A stretch of DNA of 64,000 bases. It comes from Abditibacterium sp. (lineage in GTDB: Bacteria; Armatimonadota; Abditibacteriia; Abditibacteriales; Abditibacteriaceae). Both the position numbers and the translations under genes were made by a program. Shown here piece after piece: positions 9,441-17,916 of this stretch. Location: positions 32,001-96,000 of the forward strand of contig OZ251992.1 of assembly GCA_965246885.1 (NCBI GenBank), read 5' to 3'. Each line of letters begins with the position of its first letter. The first letter of the stretch is position 1. The notes beneath the pieces were generated by a model, which had not been told where the DNA came from, searched no databases, and was given only the letters and a program-made list of their open reading frames with translations.

Positions 9441-10265
9441 TTACCCGTTGTTGGTTTGCGAAACTCCCAACGAGGTGTTCCAGTTGCCATCGCAGGCACT
9501 GGGTGCGGTGGCTCCGTCAACATTGGCGTTGTTGATTGTCCACATGCAAACGGGACTGCCCGTTGCAACGGGCTTGAGGGATTTGACATGACCGTCCATG
9601 AAAAGGAAGTTGGTGGTGCCCAAGTGCCCTTGCAGGTTTTCCATGTTGCCCTTGTCGTAAGCATCGGGATTGTCCGCGTTCTTGCTTTCGGTAATCATGA
9701 TGACGGTCGCAACGCTGGGTATTTCCGCCATGCTCCGCGTCTGAAAGGCACCGCCGCTATACAGTTCGATCATCGGCCTTCTCGAACCGGGGCCGTTGCT
9801 CGAAGCCGCTTCTTGCCCACCGTTGGCCATGTAGGAGATGGGCATCGCTTGCGTTGCAACCGCGCCCGTATCGGAAAAGCGGGTGTCGTAACCGCCGGGG
9901 TCGGGGGCGCCGTTCATGTTGCCACTGGCTGTGTTGGAAGGGCACTTGAAGATTTGCGCGCTCTTGACGTAAGGTTGCAACAGGGTTTGAAAGGGCACGC
10001 GGGAAACGCCGGGAGTGCCGCCGTAATACCAGCGCACCGGCAGAACTTTCTCGTCGTAGTCCTGCGAGTATTGGAGAGCACCTAATCCAATCTGCTTGAG
10101 GTTGGATTGGCAGGAACTGCGTCGGGCGTTCTCGCGGGCACGCGCGAAAGCCGGGAACAAGATAGCGGCAAGTATCGCTATGATAGCGATAACTACCAAT
10201 AATTCTATAAGGGTAAATCCTTGGCGGCTCAAAGCCTTTGGTTGAAAGTTGCTGAATGTGTTCAT
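9441..10265 (-). CDS. DUF1559 prepilin-type protein with H-X9-DG motif
   Basis: [38 protein letters not shown]. Confidence 0.92.
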   Translation of the reverse strand: MNTFSNFQPKALSRQGFTLIELLVVIAIIAILAAILFPAFARARENARRSSCQSNLKQIGLGALQYSQDYDEKVLPVRWYYGGTPGVSRVPFQTLLQPYVKSAQIFKCPSNTASGNMNGAPDPGGYDTRFSDTGAVATQAMPISYMANGGQEAASSNGPGSRRPMIELYSGGAFQTRSMAEIPSVATVIMITESKNADNPDAYDKGNMENLQGHLGTTNFLFMDGHVKSLKPVATGSPVCMWTINNANVDGATAPSACDGNWNTSLGVSQTNNG

Positions 10266-10316
10266 GGGTCTCTCTAAAGTAAATAAAAGAGGCAGTTGCT
10301 TTTGTTTGGTGGCGAG

Positions 10317-11330
10317 TTAAACTGAGCGCGGCGCGCTCACCGAAGCGCGCTCGACCAGATGAACCGGAGCGACGCGGCAGCAGTTCGCGGCCTCCTCGCC
10401 GCGCCCTAACCCGATCCACGCTTCGACGGCCAAGCGCCCGATGTTGGCGTAGCCAAAGCCCACGCTTGAAAGGCCGCGATGCCGCGTGTCCTGATCGTCC
10501 ACGCCAATTAAAGACAGGTCGCGCGGAACATGAAGCCCCGCTTGAGCGGCGGCATCCCACAATTGGAGCGCCAGAAAGTCGTTGATGCACGCCACGCCGG
10601 TGATACCGGCGCCCTTTAGATGTGCCAGCACGTCGGGCCGCAATTCCCATGCGGCAGTCGCGCCCTCAATGATGGGCGCAGCAGATAAGCCCAGCCGCTC
10701 CGCTTGCAACGCGAAGGCCCGTTGGCGGGCGAGGTCGTCAAAAGCGCCCAGTGAACTGGGGCCGGACAGATAAGCGATGCGCCGATGGCCGTGCGCGTGC
10801 AAATGCTCGACGGCCAAACGCATGATCTCTTCGTTGTCCGGGTCAACCCACGCCACGTTCGCGGGCACGTCGCGGCGGTAACACGCCACCGCCGGGATGC
10901 CGTGCTCTTCCAGCTTTTCCAAGATGTCGTGCCATTGAAGCACATCCGGCGAAATGAAGATGAAACCATCAGAGCGCCGGTCGAGAAAGCGGATGGACGC
11001 GTGGCTCATCCAATCCTGCGCGTCGCGTAGCATCACCACCAAGTCGTAAGAGTGCGCGTGCGCTTGCGAGCACAGCCCCTCGAAGGTTTGGGAGTCAATC
11101 GGGTTGCCCGACACGTTCGAGGTGAAAGGAACAATGCCAATCGAGCGCGTTTGCACGTGGCGATTTTGCAGCGCCGACGCAACGGGCACATACCCCAAGT
11201 CGCGCACCGAAGCCATCACGCGCTCAAAAGTGTCATCCGCCACAAGTCCCTTGCGCCCGCGCAACACACGCGACACCGTCATCGGAGAAACGCGGGCATG
11301 TTCGGCTACTTGTCGGATGGAAGGACGCAT
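10317..11330 (-). CDS. LacI-family transcriptional regulator
   Basis: HTH PSIRQVAEHARVSPMTVSRVL; sugar-binding domain ending VPRDLSLIGVDD. The ORF-track upstream extension is only translated repeat DNA. Confidence 0.93.
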   Translation of the reverse strand: MRPSIRQVAEHARVSPMTVSRVLRGRKGLVADDTFERVMASVRDLGYVPVASALQNRHVQTRSIGIVPFTSNVSGNPIDSQTFEGLCSQAHAHSYDLVVMLRDAQDWMSHASIRFLDRRSDGFIFISPDVLQWHDILEKLEEHGIPAVACYRRDVPANVAWVDPDNEEIMRLAVEHLHAHGHRRIAYLSGPSSLGAFDDLARQRAFALQAERLGLSAAPIIEGATAAWELRPDVLAHLKGAGITGVACINDFLALQLWDAAAQAGLHVPRDLSLIGVDDQDTRHRGLSSVGFGYANIGRLAVEAWIGLGRGEEAANCCRVAPVHLVERASVSAPRSV

Positions 11331-11336
11331 CGGGGA

Positions 11337-11349
11337 TGTTACTGTATCA
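11337..11349. promoter_or_regulatory. Candidate LacI operator (TGTTACTGTATCA)
   Basis: Near-palindrome between the -10 box and the lacI start; resembles the TGTTAC..GTAACA class of LacI-family sites. Confidence 0.55.
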
Positions 11350-11350
11350 G

Positions 11351-11380
11351 AGTATGCCCAAAAAAATGGGGCTTCAAACA
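11351..11380 (-). promoter_or_regulatory. Promoter of LacI/pilin locus 1: TGTTTGA-N13-TGGGCATACT
   Basis: Same motif and spacing as at 45554-45583 and 61035-61064; A-tract upstream. Confidence 0.65.
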
Positions 11381-11414
11381 TTTTCGCCCACTTTTTTTTG
11401 CGCGTCCCCTGCAC

Positions 11415-11623
11415 GCGCCGATGACGGAGAGACGCGCGCCAACAGTTGAACGGTACGCGCCAACAGTTGAACGGTACGCGCCGACGGTTGAACGGTGCGC
11501 GCCAACAGTTGAACGGTACGCGCGACGACCGAATTGTACGCGCCGACGATTGAACGGTACGCGCCGACGATTGAATGAGGCGTGCCAACCGAAGATAGAA
11601 GCGCGCCAACGACAGAGCCGGGC
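11415..11623. repeat. Intergenic 21-bp tandem array, about 10 units, consensus GCGCCAACAGTTGAACGGTAC
   Basis: Units at 11415, 11436, 11457, 11478, 11499, 11520 (20 bp), 11540, 11561, 11582, 11603; degenerate at both ends. Confidence 0.9.
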
Positions 11624-11639
11624 AATTTTCGGGTTGGGT

Positions 11640-13703
11640 TTAGCCGCCCGGTTCGGAGCGGGTCATTCGTTGGAAGTTGCGGGCGGTGAGGGCGAACATC
11701 CCCAAAGCGGCGAGAGCGTAGACCGCCAGAACGGGCAAAGGCCAGAGGGGAAACAGCCAAGGGCGCGCGCCGCTCACCAGATATGACGGGGCGGGGGGGA
11801 TGGAACTGGTGTTATACAGCGAGGAGAAGAAGTCGCCCGTGCTGGGGAACAACAAGGGCACCGGGAGAACGGCGGCGATGGTTTGGGCGAGCGAGTCGTT
11901 GGACACAATCTTCAGGCTGCGGAGCAAGTCGAAGAGGGGGGGAATCAGCCCATGCGCCATTAGAAGCGCTGCCGCTCCGCCCATCGCCATTGCTAAGGCG
12001 CGGCGCACGTTGGGCGAGTTGAATGAACAGAGCACGCCCCAACTCGCCGCAAACGCGCCAAAGACGGCCTCGGCCAAGGGGAACCACAGCGCCGTTGCGG
12101 GTCGCACCAACCCCAAAACCGCCACCAGCACCGCCGTCGGAACCGCCAGCATCCACACGTACAGCGAGAACGTCAGCACCGCGCCAATCTTGCCGCCGAT
12201 GATTTGCGAGGGGCGCATTGGAATAGTGAACAGTTGCTCCAACGTTTGCCCTTCGCGCTCTGGCGCGATGGCGCGCGCGCCGAACCACGCCGCGAAGATC
12301 ATCAGCAGCCCCAAATGCACGCGCCCAAAGAAAATAAAAAGCGGCTCGAAGTCGGTCGTCAGCGACAACGGATTGACAAATCCCCACAGCATATACAGCA
12401 GGAGCGCCACTTCCGTGAGGATGGTGATGGCGTAGCCGAAGGTGAATAGGTAGCGCGTCTTGCCCAGCAATCCCGACCGCATCTCGCGCGCGTAGATGGG
12501 GTTCACTTTGTCCGACAGAAACGGCGTGACGCCATACGTCGCTTTTTGCTTTTTGGGCGCGGCAAGAGGCGTGTTTTGCGGCGGCAGGAGCGGCGCCTCG
12601 CCCGCTTGGAGCGCGCCGGGAAGCGCGGCCCAATTTGCGCTGTGGGAGGGAACAGGCGCCATCGGCACAACTCCGCTTGCGCCAAACGAGGGCGCGGCGA
12701 CTTTTTCTTCCTGCACCATCATTGGCGCCGTTGCCACGCCCCACTCGGTTTGCAAGTCCTCGACGCGCTGGCGCAGGTTCGGCTCGGCGTCGGCACGGTT
12801 CATTAGCTCGCGCGCGGTCTGGAGCAACCCCCAATGCGCCACCAGCAACAGATACGATAGCGCAAACGCCACGCACACGACGATGTAGCCAATGCTCTGG
12901 TCGTACAGCATCCAAACGAGGAGCGCGACGAGAAAGATGGGCGCCACTACATATACCATCGGGCCGTACATCTCGCCCATCATGCGCGCCGCCTTTGACT
13001 TGTCGCCGCGTTTCCACAGGTTCACAATGGCGTAGAACAGCCCCACCAGCACGAAGAAGCCGCAGATAATCACCCCGAACGGCGCCAGACAGACCATCAG
13101 AATCGAAGCGACGGGCAGCAGCAAGTAACACATTAGCATCGCCCGCGTCGCGCCGTGCCAGCGCGCCGAGCAGTACAGCCCAAACCCCGTCGTGAAGGCC
13201 GCCAACCCGAAAATGACCGCATATGCCCCGACAATCAACCCCACATCCACACCGCCCAGCAAAAAGCACAGCGACGTGAGCGGCATCGTTCCCATAAGCA
13301 ACAACCCCACAAGCGACAGCACCCCACCCGCTTTGCCCCACACGATTTGAAGCGGCGACAACGGCGTCAGCAGCAGCGGCTCCAACGTTTGCCGCTCCCG
13401 CTCTTGCGCCAGCGCCCCCGTAGCGAGTGCCGGGATAATGATGAGAATCAACCCGATCTGCCCCCAAAAGATTTTGGAAAACAACTCCGTTGCGCGCGCG
13501 CCGCCGTCGTGCTGCAAGTTGAAGGTTTGATCCGCCGGAAAATATGCCGTTACAAACGCGCCCAGCAGCGCCACATACAGCGCCAGTAGCGCAAACGCGC
13601 GCGCGTTGCGAAGTCCCGCGCGCAGTTCCCGCGTGAGGACGGGGTTGGAGAGGTTGATCGCCACACGCGGGAGTTTAGGCAGTGAGGACGCTTGCTCCGA
13701 CAT
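11640..13703 (-). CDS. ABC-2-type transporter permease with two internally duplicated permease domains
   Basis: NPVLTRELR..ALAQERERQTLEPLLLTPLSP..GK is repeated as NPIYAREMR..IAPEREGQTLEQLFTIPMRP..GK; many TM helices. Confidence 0.8.
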   Translation of the reverse strand: MSEQASSLPKLPRVAINLSNPVLTRELRAGLRNARAFALLALYVALLGAFVTAYFPADQTFNLQHDGGARATELFSKIFWGQIGLILIIIPALATGALAQERERQTLEPLLLTPLSPLQIVWGKAGGVLSLVGLLLMGTMPLTSLCFLLGGVDVGLIVGAYAVIFGLAAFTTGFGLYCSARWHGATRAMLMCYLLLPVASILMVCLAPFGVIICGFFVLVGLFYAIVNLWKRGDKSKAARMMGEMYGPMVYVVAPIFLVALLVWMLYDQSIGYIVVCVAFALSYLLLVAHWGLLQTARELMNRADAEPNLRQRVEDLQTEWGVATAPMMVQEEKVAAPSFGASGVVPMAPVPSHSANWAALPGALQAGEAPLLPPQNTPLAAPKKQKATYGVTPFLSDKVNPIYAREMRSGLLGKTRYLFTFGYAITILTEVALLLYMLWGFVNPLSLTTDFEPLFIFFGRVHLGLLMIFAAWFGARAIAPEREGQTLEQLFTIPMRPSQIIGGKIGAVLTFSLYVWMLAVPTAVLVAVLGLVRPATALWFPLAEAVFGAFAASWGVLCSFNSPNVRRALAMAMGGAAALLMAHGLIPPLFDLLRSLKIVSNDSLAQTIAAVLPVPLLFPSTGDFFSSLYNTSSIPPAPSYLVSGARPWLFPLWPLPVLAVYALAALGMFALTARNFQRMTRSEPGG

Positions 13704-13760
13704 TGGGCGCGAAAGTTAAACTCGCGCGCACAACTGGCCCGCTTCTGGGGCCATACCATT

Positions 13761-14714
13761 ATGATCGTCACTACCAAAGACCTCTTCAAACTCGCGTATG
13801 GCAAATACGCCGTCGGCGCTTACAACATCAACAACCTCGAACAAACGATGGGCCTGTTCCGGGGCTGCATCCAATCGCAGTCGCCCTTCATCATCCAAAT
13901 TTCCAAGGGCGCGCGCGCTTACACCGACAAGGAGATGCTCGAATCCATCATTCGCGGCGCCGACAAGGTGTTCCCCGAAGCCATCTTCGCGGTGCACCTC
14001 GATCACGGCGACGAGCAGACCTGCTACGACTGCATTGATTCCGGCTTCTACTCGTCGGTGATGATAGACGCCTCGCACGACCCCTTCGAGGAAAACGTCG
14101 CCATCACCCGCCGCGTCGTCGAGCGCGCGCACGCCAAGGGCTTGTCCGTCGAAGCAGAGATAGGACAACTCGGCGGCGTCGAAGAGGACATCCAAGTGGA
14201 CGAGAAGAACGCCAACCTCACCGACCCCGACGAGGCCGAAGCGTTCATCAAGCAGTCCGGCTGCGACAGCCTCGCGGTTGCCATCGGCACCTCGCACGGC
14301 GCTTACAAGTTCTCCGGCAGCCAAGGGTTGCACTTCGACCGCATCGAAGAAATCGCCAAGCGCGTCCCCGGCTTCCCGCTTGTGATGCACGGCAGTTCCA
14401 GCGTCCCCCAAGAGGAAGTGCGCCGCATCAACGAAGCAGGCGGTAAGCTCAAAGAAGGCGCCAAGGGCGTGGACGAAGAGCAATACCTGCCCGCCGCCAA
14501 ACTCGGCGTCACCAAAGTCAATGTGGACACCGACGGCAGATTGGTGTGGACGCGCGTGCACCGCGAGTTCTTCCAAGACAAGCCCGAAGAGTTCGACCTG
14601 CGCCCCGCCGGAAAAATCTTCATGCAAGCCTACGCCGACTTCATCGCCCACAAAAACGAGAAGTTAGGCAGCGCCGGGACGCTGCCGGAGATACGCAAGG
14701 CGCTGGGGTTGTAA
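13761..14714 (+). CDS. fba: Class II fructose-1,6-bisphosphate aldolase
   Basis: VHLDHG, SSVMIDAS, AIGTSHGAYKF, LVMHGSS, KVNVDTD. Confidence 0.95.
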   Translation: MIVTTKDLFKLAYGKYAVGAYNINNLEQTMGLFRGCIQSQSPFIIQISKGARAYTDKEMLESIIRGADKVFPEAIFAVHLDHGDEQTCYDCIDSGFYSSVMIDASHDPFEENVAITRRVVERAHAKGLSVEAEIGQLGGVEEDIQVDEKNANLTDPDEAEAFIKQSGCDSLAVAIGTSHGAYKFSGSQGLHFDRIEEIAKRVPGFPLVMHGSSSVPQEEVRRINEAGGKLKEGAKGVDEEQYLPAAKLGVTKVNVDTDGRLVWTRVHREFFQDKPEEFDLRPAGKIFMQAYADFIAHKNEKLGSAGTLPEIRKALGL

Positions 14715-14726
14715 GACGGAGTGCCC

Positions 14727-16331
14727 TCACCCAGCCCGGTGCTCACGCAGCATAACCCCGTAGTCCGCACGCCAGATGTCTTCGTCGGCTTGGGCGTTTT
14801 GGAGGGACTGGAGCGGGGCGGTTTGGTCTTCGGGCTTGTCCGCTCCGGCGAGGGATTGCAGGGCTTGGAGCTTGGCGGACTCGGCGTCGAGGAGTTGGTC
14901 GCGCGACCAGAGGGCCTCGTCGGAGTGGGGCGCGAGCGCTTGCACGGCGTCTACGACGGCTTGTTGGGCGGGCACGACTTGCGCGCCAACGGCGGCGGCG
15001 AAGCGTTCGGGTGTGGTGCGGTCGGATTGGTCGAGGGCGGTCTGGACGGCTTTGGACTGTCGCACTATCGGGCGCACGTGGGCGGCGAAGGCGTTTAAAT
15101 CGGCGCGGTTGGGGTCGTAAAAGAGCCACCACCCCAGTAGTAGCAAGGGAACGCCAAAGACTGACGGCCAAAACCAAAGTGGCGTGCGCGCTTCGGGCGG
15201 TAGCTCGGAGGCGCGCGGAAAAACGCGGTCGGGCGGGGTTGGCGCTTCGATGACCGGTACCGGCGGCGCGATGGCCGGTACCGGAGGGCGGGTCGCCGGT
15301 ACCGGCGACGGGATGAGCGACGTCGCTGACGGGATGAGCGACGTCGGCGCTTTGGGCGCCGGGGCAGGCGCGGGGCGCTGTGCGGCACGCAGTTCTTGCA
15401 GCCATGCCGTTACGGTTTGCGGGCGTTTGGGCGCGGGGATTTCGAGCGCCCCCGCGACGGCGCGGGCGAGTTGCATGGAGATGAGCGGGTTGCGCTCGTT
15501 GAGCGGCGGGAGCGATACGCCGCTCGCGCGGTCGGGCGAAGGCGGTGGCGGGTCGCCGCACAGGGCGTGGTAGAGCGTCGCGGCGAGCGCATACACGTCG
15601 GTGAAAGGGCCAAAACGCGCGCGGCGCCCGTATTGTTCGAGCGGCGCATACCCCGGCGTGAGCAGTTGCGTCATCGGGGTGGTGCGGTCGGGCGCAAACT
15701 CACGCGCCGTGCCGAAGTCAATCAACACCGCGCGCCCCTCGCAAAGCAGGATGTTGTCCGGCTTGATGTCGCGGTGCAACAGCCCCGCTTCGTGAACGCG
15801 CGACAGCGCTTCGCCGACCGTGTAAATAATGCCGAGCGCCTCGTCGGTCGGCAACGGCCCGCCGTTCGCCAAGCGGTGGCCCAGCGACTCGCCGCGCAGG
15901 AACTCCATCGCAAAGTAGGCCGTGCCTGCTTCGGCCCACACGCCAAACGCCCGCACGATGGAAGGGTGCGAAAAGCGCGCGAGCGTGGCCGCCTCATCCC
16001 GAAAAGCGGCCAACTCGTGCGCCCACTCCGCTTCCGTCACGCCGCGCGGGGGCAATACTTGCCCCCCTTGCCGCGTCGAGCCGAAGGGGAAGAACTCCTT
16101 GACCGCCACCTCGCGCCCCAGTGCCACCTCGCGCGCCCGATAGGTCAGGCCAAAGCCGCCCGCACCGAGCAACTCCTCCACGACAAACGCGCCGCCGCGC
16201 AAGGGCGTTCGGGGCGCGAGCGCGGGCGCCAATGGCTCCAGCGCCGCGCCCGCCAAGTCCAACGGCGAGCCGCACGCCGCGCACACGAGCGCGCCGTCGG
16301 GGTTGGGCGTTTGGCAGACCGGGCAAAGCAT
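14727..16331 (-). CDS. Membrane Ser/Thr protein kinase (zinc ribbon, kinase, Pro-rich linker, TM helix, helical extracellular domain)
   Basis: CPVC..CAAC, LGAGGFG, VAVKE, HRDIKPDN, DFG, GYAPLEQY, TM WFWPSVFGVPLLLLGWWLF. Confidence 0.92.
   Translation of the reverse strand: MLCPVCQTPNPDGALVCAACGSPLDLAGAALEPLAPALAPRTPLRGGAFVVEELLGAGGFGLTYRAREVALGREVAVKEFFPFGSTRQGGQVLPPRGVTEAEWAHELAAFRDEAATLARFSHPSIVRAFGVWAEAGTAYFAMEFLRGESLGHRLANGGPLPTDEALGIIYTVGEALSRVHEAGLLHRDIKPDNILLCEGRAVLIDFGTAREFAPDRTTPMTQLLTPGYAPLEQYGRRARFGPFTDVYALAATLYHALCGDPPPPSPDRASGVSLPPLNERNPLISMQLARAVAGALEIPAPKRPQTVTAWLQELRAAQRPAPAPAPKAPTSLIPSATSLIPSPVPATRPPVPAIAPPVPVIEAPTPPDRVFPRASELPPEARTPLWFWPSVFGVPLLLLGWWLFYDPNRADLNAFAAHVRPIVRQSKAVQTALDQSDRTTPERFAAAVGAQVVPAQQAVVDAVQALAPHSDEALWSRDQLLDAESAKLQALQSLAGADKPEDQTAPLQSLQNAQADEDIWRADYGVMLREHRAG
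15249..15353. repeat. Five degenerate 21-bp units encoding the heptad Pro-rich linker of the kinase
   Basis: gatgaccggtaccggcggcgc / gatggccggtaccggagggcg / ggtcgccggtaccggcgacgg / gatgagcgacgtcgctgacgg / gatgagcgacgtcggcgcttt. Confidence 0.75.
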
Positions 16332-16371
16332 CAGGGAGAAGGGTGTAGCAATTCGCGGGGCAGGGACAGTT

Positions 16372-17883
16372 TCACCTCAGCCAAGGTTCGTCGGCGCCCG
16401 TCGTTCTGCCGCCCAAGACGTTGCCCTTGGCGTCGGTGATTTGAAACGGCGCGGGCAACGGTGCGCGGGTTTGGCGCCACCCATCGGCCCACTCTTTGGC
16501 GATTTGCAAGCGGTCGTCGCGTCGGAGGCCTTGCCACGCGGGGGTAGCGACGATGCTGACTTGGCCGTGCCCGAAATCGGGGCGCACCGACTGCACCCAC
16601 TGCGTGCCTTGCAAAGCGCGGCGAAGAGTCGTGCCTTGGGTGCGCAGGTTGGTCGGCGAATCGGTGTAGGGGTCGCCGGTAGTCGCGTTGGGGTGAAGCT
16701 CAGGGATGGCGCGTCCGATGCGCGCCAAGCCGCCCACCACTAAAATGGCGACAAGCGCGATGCCAAAGACCCACTTGCCCACCGTCCACGAGCGCTCGAT
16801 TTCCTCGCGGCGGCGCAGGTGTTCGCCGGGCACGTATTCTCGCTTGCGGCGGCCACAGCCGGGGCAAACGTTGTCGAGGATGTTGTTTGGGCGCCCACAC
16901 CGGGGGCAATTGGTCTTGTCGGGCGCGGTCGTCCAAGGCAGGGGCGTGGGCGCGGGCGGGGCAACGGGCACAACCGGGGCGGGCGGTGGCGGCGCGGGGT
17001 TGCGGATGGCGTCAAGGGCGCGCTCCAAGGCTTCGGAGAACGCCTTGGCATCAGCGAAGCGCGCGTCGGGCTTGAGTTCAAGAGCGTGCCCGATGGTTAC
17101 GACAAGCGGCAACGGCCCTTTGACATCGGGCAAGGGAGCGCCCAACACGCGGTCGGTCGCGTCGGGCGGGGCAAACCCGCTCAGGCACTCCCACAGCGTC
17201 GCGCCAAGGGCGTAGAGGTCGCTCGCGGGCGTCATTTGGGCGCGCGTGGCGTAGGCTTCGGGCGGGGCGTAGCCGGGCGTGAGAGCGAGCGAAGTGGTCT
17301 GCGTTTGTTGGGCGATGAGGCCGCGCGCGTTGCCAAAATCAATCAGAACGGGCGACTCGTCGGAGTTAAAGAAGATGTTGTCGGGCTTGAGGTCGCGATG
17401 CAAGAGGTTGCCGCGATGAAGCAGGTCGAGCGCGCGGCATAGCGCGATGCCCAGTTCGGCGACGCGCGCGGGCGAGAGGGGGCCGTTCGCCTTCAAGCGC
17501 GCGGCGAGCGAGCCGCCGTCAAGCGCTTCCATCGCCATGTACGCCGTATTGTTCTCCTGCCACGCGCTATACACGCGCACGACGGCGGGGTCGGAGAAGG
17601 TGGCCAAGCGCCGCGCTTCTGTCTCGAAGGCGCGCTTGGCCTTATCCCACTCGTCGGGCGACACGCCGCGCGGCGCGACGACATCGGCGCCGTTTCGGGT
17701 CGCACCGGGAGGGAAAAGTTCCTTGACGGCCACCCAGCGCAGAAGGGCAGGCTCGGCGCACAAATACGTGAGGCCAAAGCCGCCGCGCCCAAGGAGCGAG
17801 TCCACCGCAAACGCGCCGCTTTGAAGCGGCGTCGCGGCGGGCAAGGCGTCAGGGGGAAGCGGGGGAGCGACGGGAGGGGACAT
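16372..17883 (-). CDS. Membrane Ser/Thr protein kinase with post-kinase zinc ribbon
   Basis: LGRGGFG, VAVKE, HRDLKPDN, DFGNAR, GYAPPE; CPRC..CPGC; TM helix. Confidence 0.92.
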   Translation of the reverse strand: MSPPVAPPLPPDALPAATPLQSGAFAVDSLLGRGGFGLTYLCAEPALLRWVAVKELFPPGATRNGADVVAPRGVSPDEWDKAKRAFETEARRLATFSDPAVVRVYSAWQENNTAYMAMEALDGGSLAARLKANGPLSPARVAELGIALCRALDLLHRGNLLHRDLKPDNIFFNSDESPVLIDFGNARGLIAQQTQTTSLALTPGYAPPEAYATRAQMTPASDLYALGATLWECLSGFAPPDATDRVLGAPLPDVKGPLPLVVTIGHALELKPDARFADAKAFSEALERALDAIRNPAPPPPAPVVPVAPPAPTPLPWTTAPDKTNCPRCGRPNNILDNVCPGCGRRKREYVPGEHLRRREEIERSWTVGKWVFGIALVAILVVGGLARIGRAIPELHPNATTGDPYTDSPTNLRTQGTTLRRALQGTQWVQSVRPDFGHGQVSIVATPAWQGLRRDDRLQIAKEWADGWRQTRAPLPAPFQITDAKGNVLGGRTTGADEPWLR

Positions 17884-17916
17884 GGCGGGGCGTTGCGGGC
17901 GGGCGCCGAAGGGCTG

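Noticed and set aside
9441..9640. Pilin C-termini as template/variable repeats of a diversity-generating retroelement
   Set aside because: Differences between paralogs (for example versus 63900-64000) are not adenine-specific, and no reverse transcriptase is in the window.
11415..11623. 21-bp arrays as CRISPR arrays
   Set aside because: Units are contiguous with no unique spacers, and no cas genes are present.
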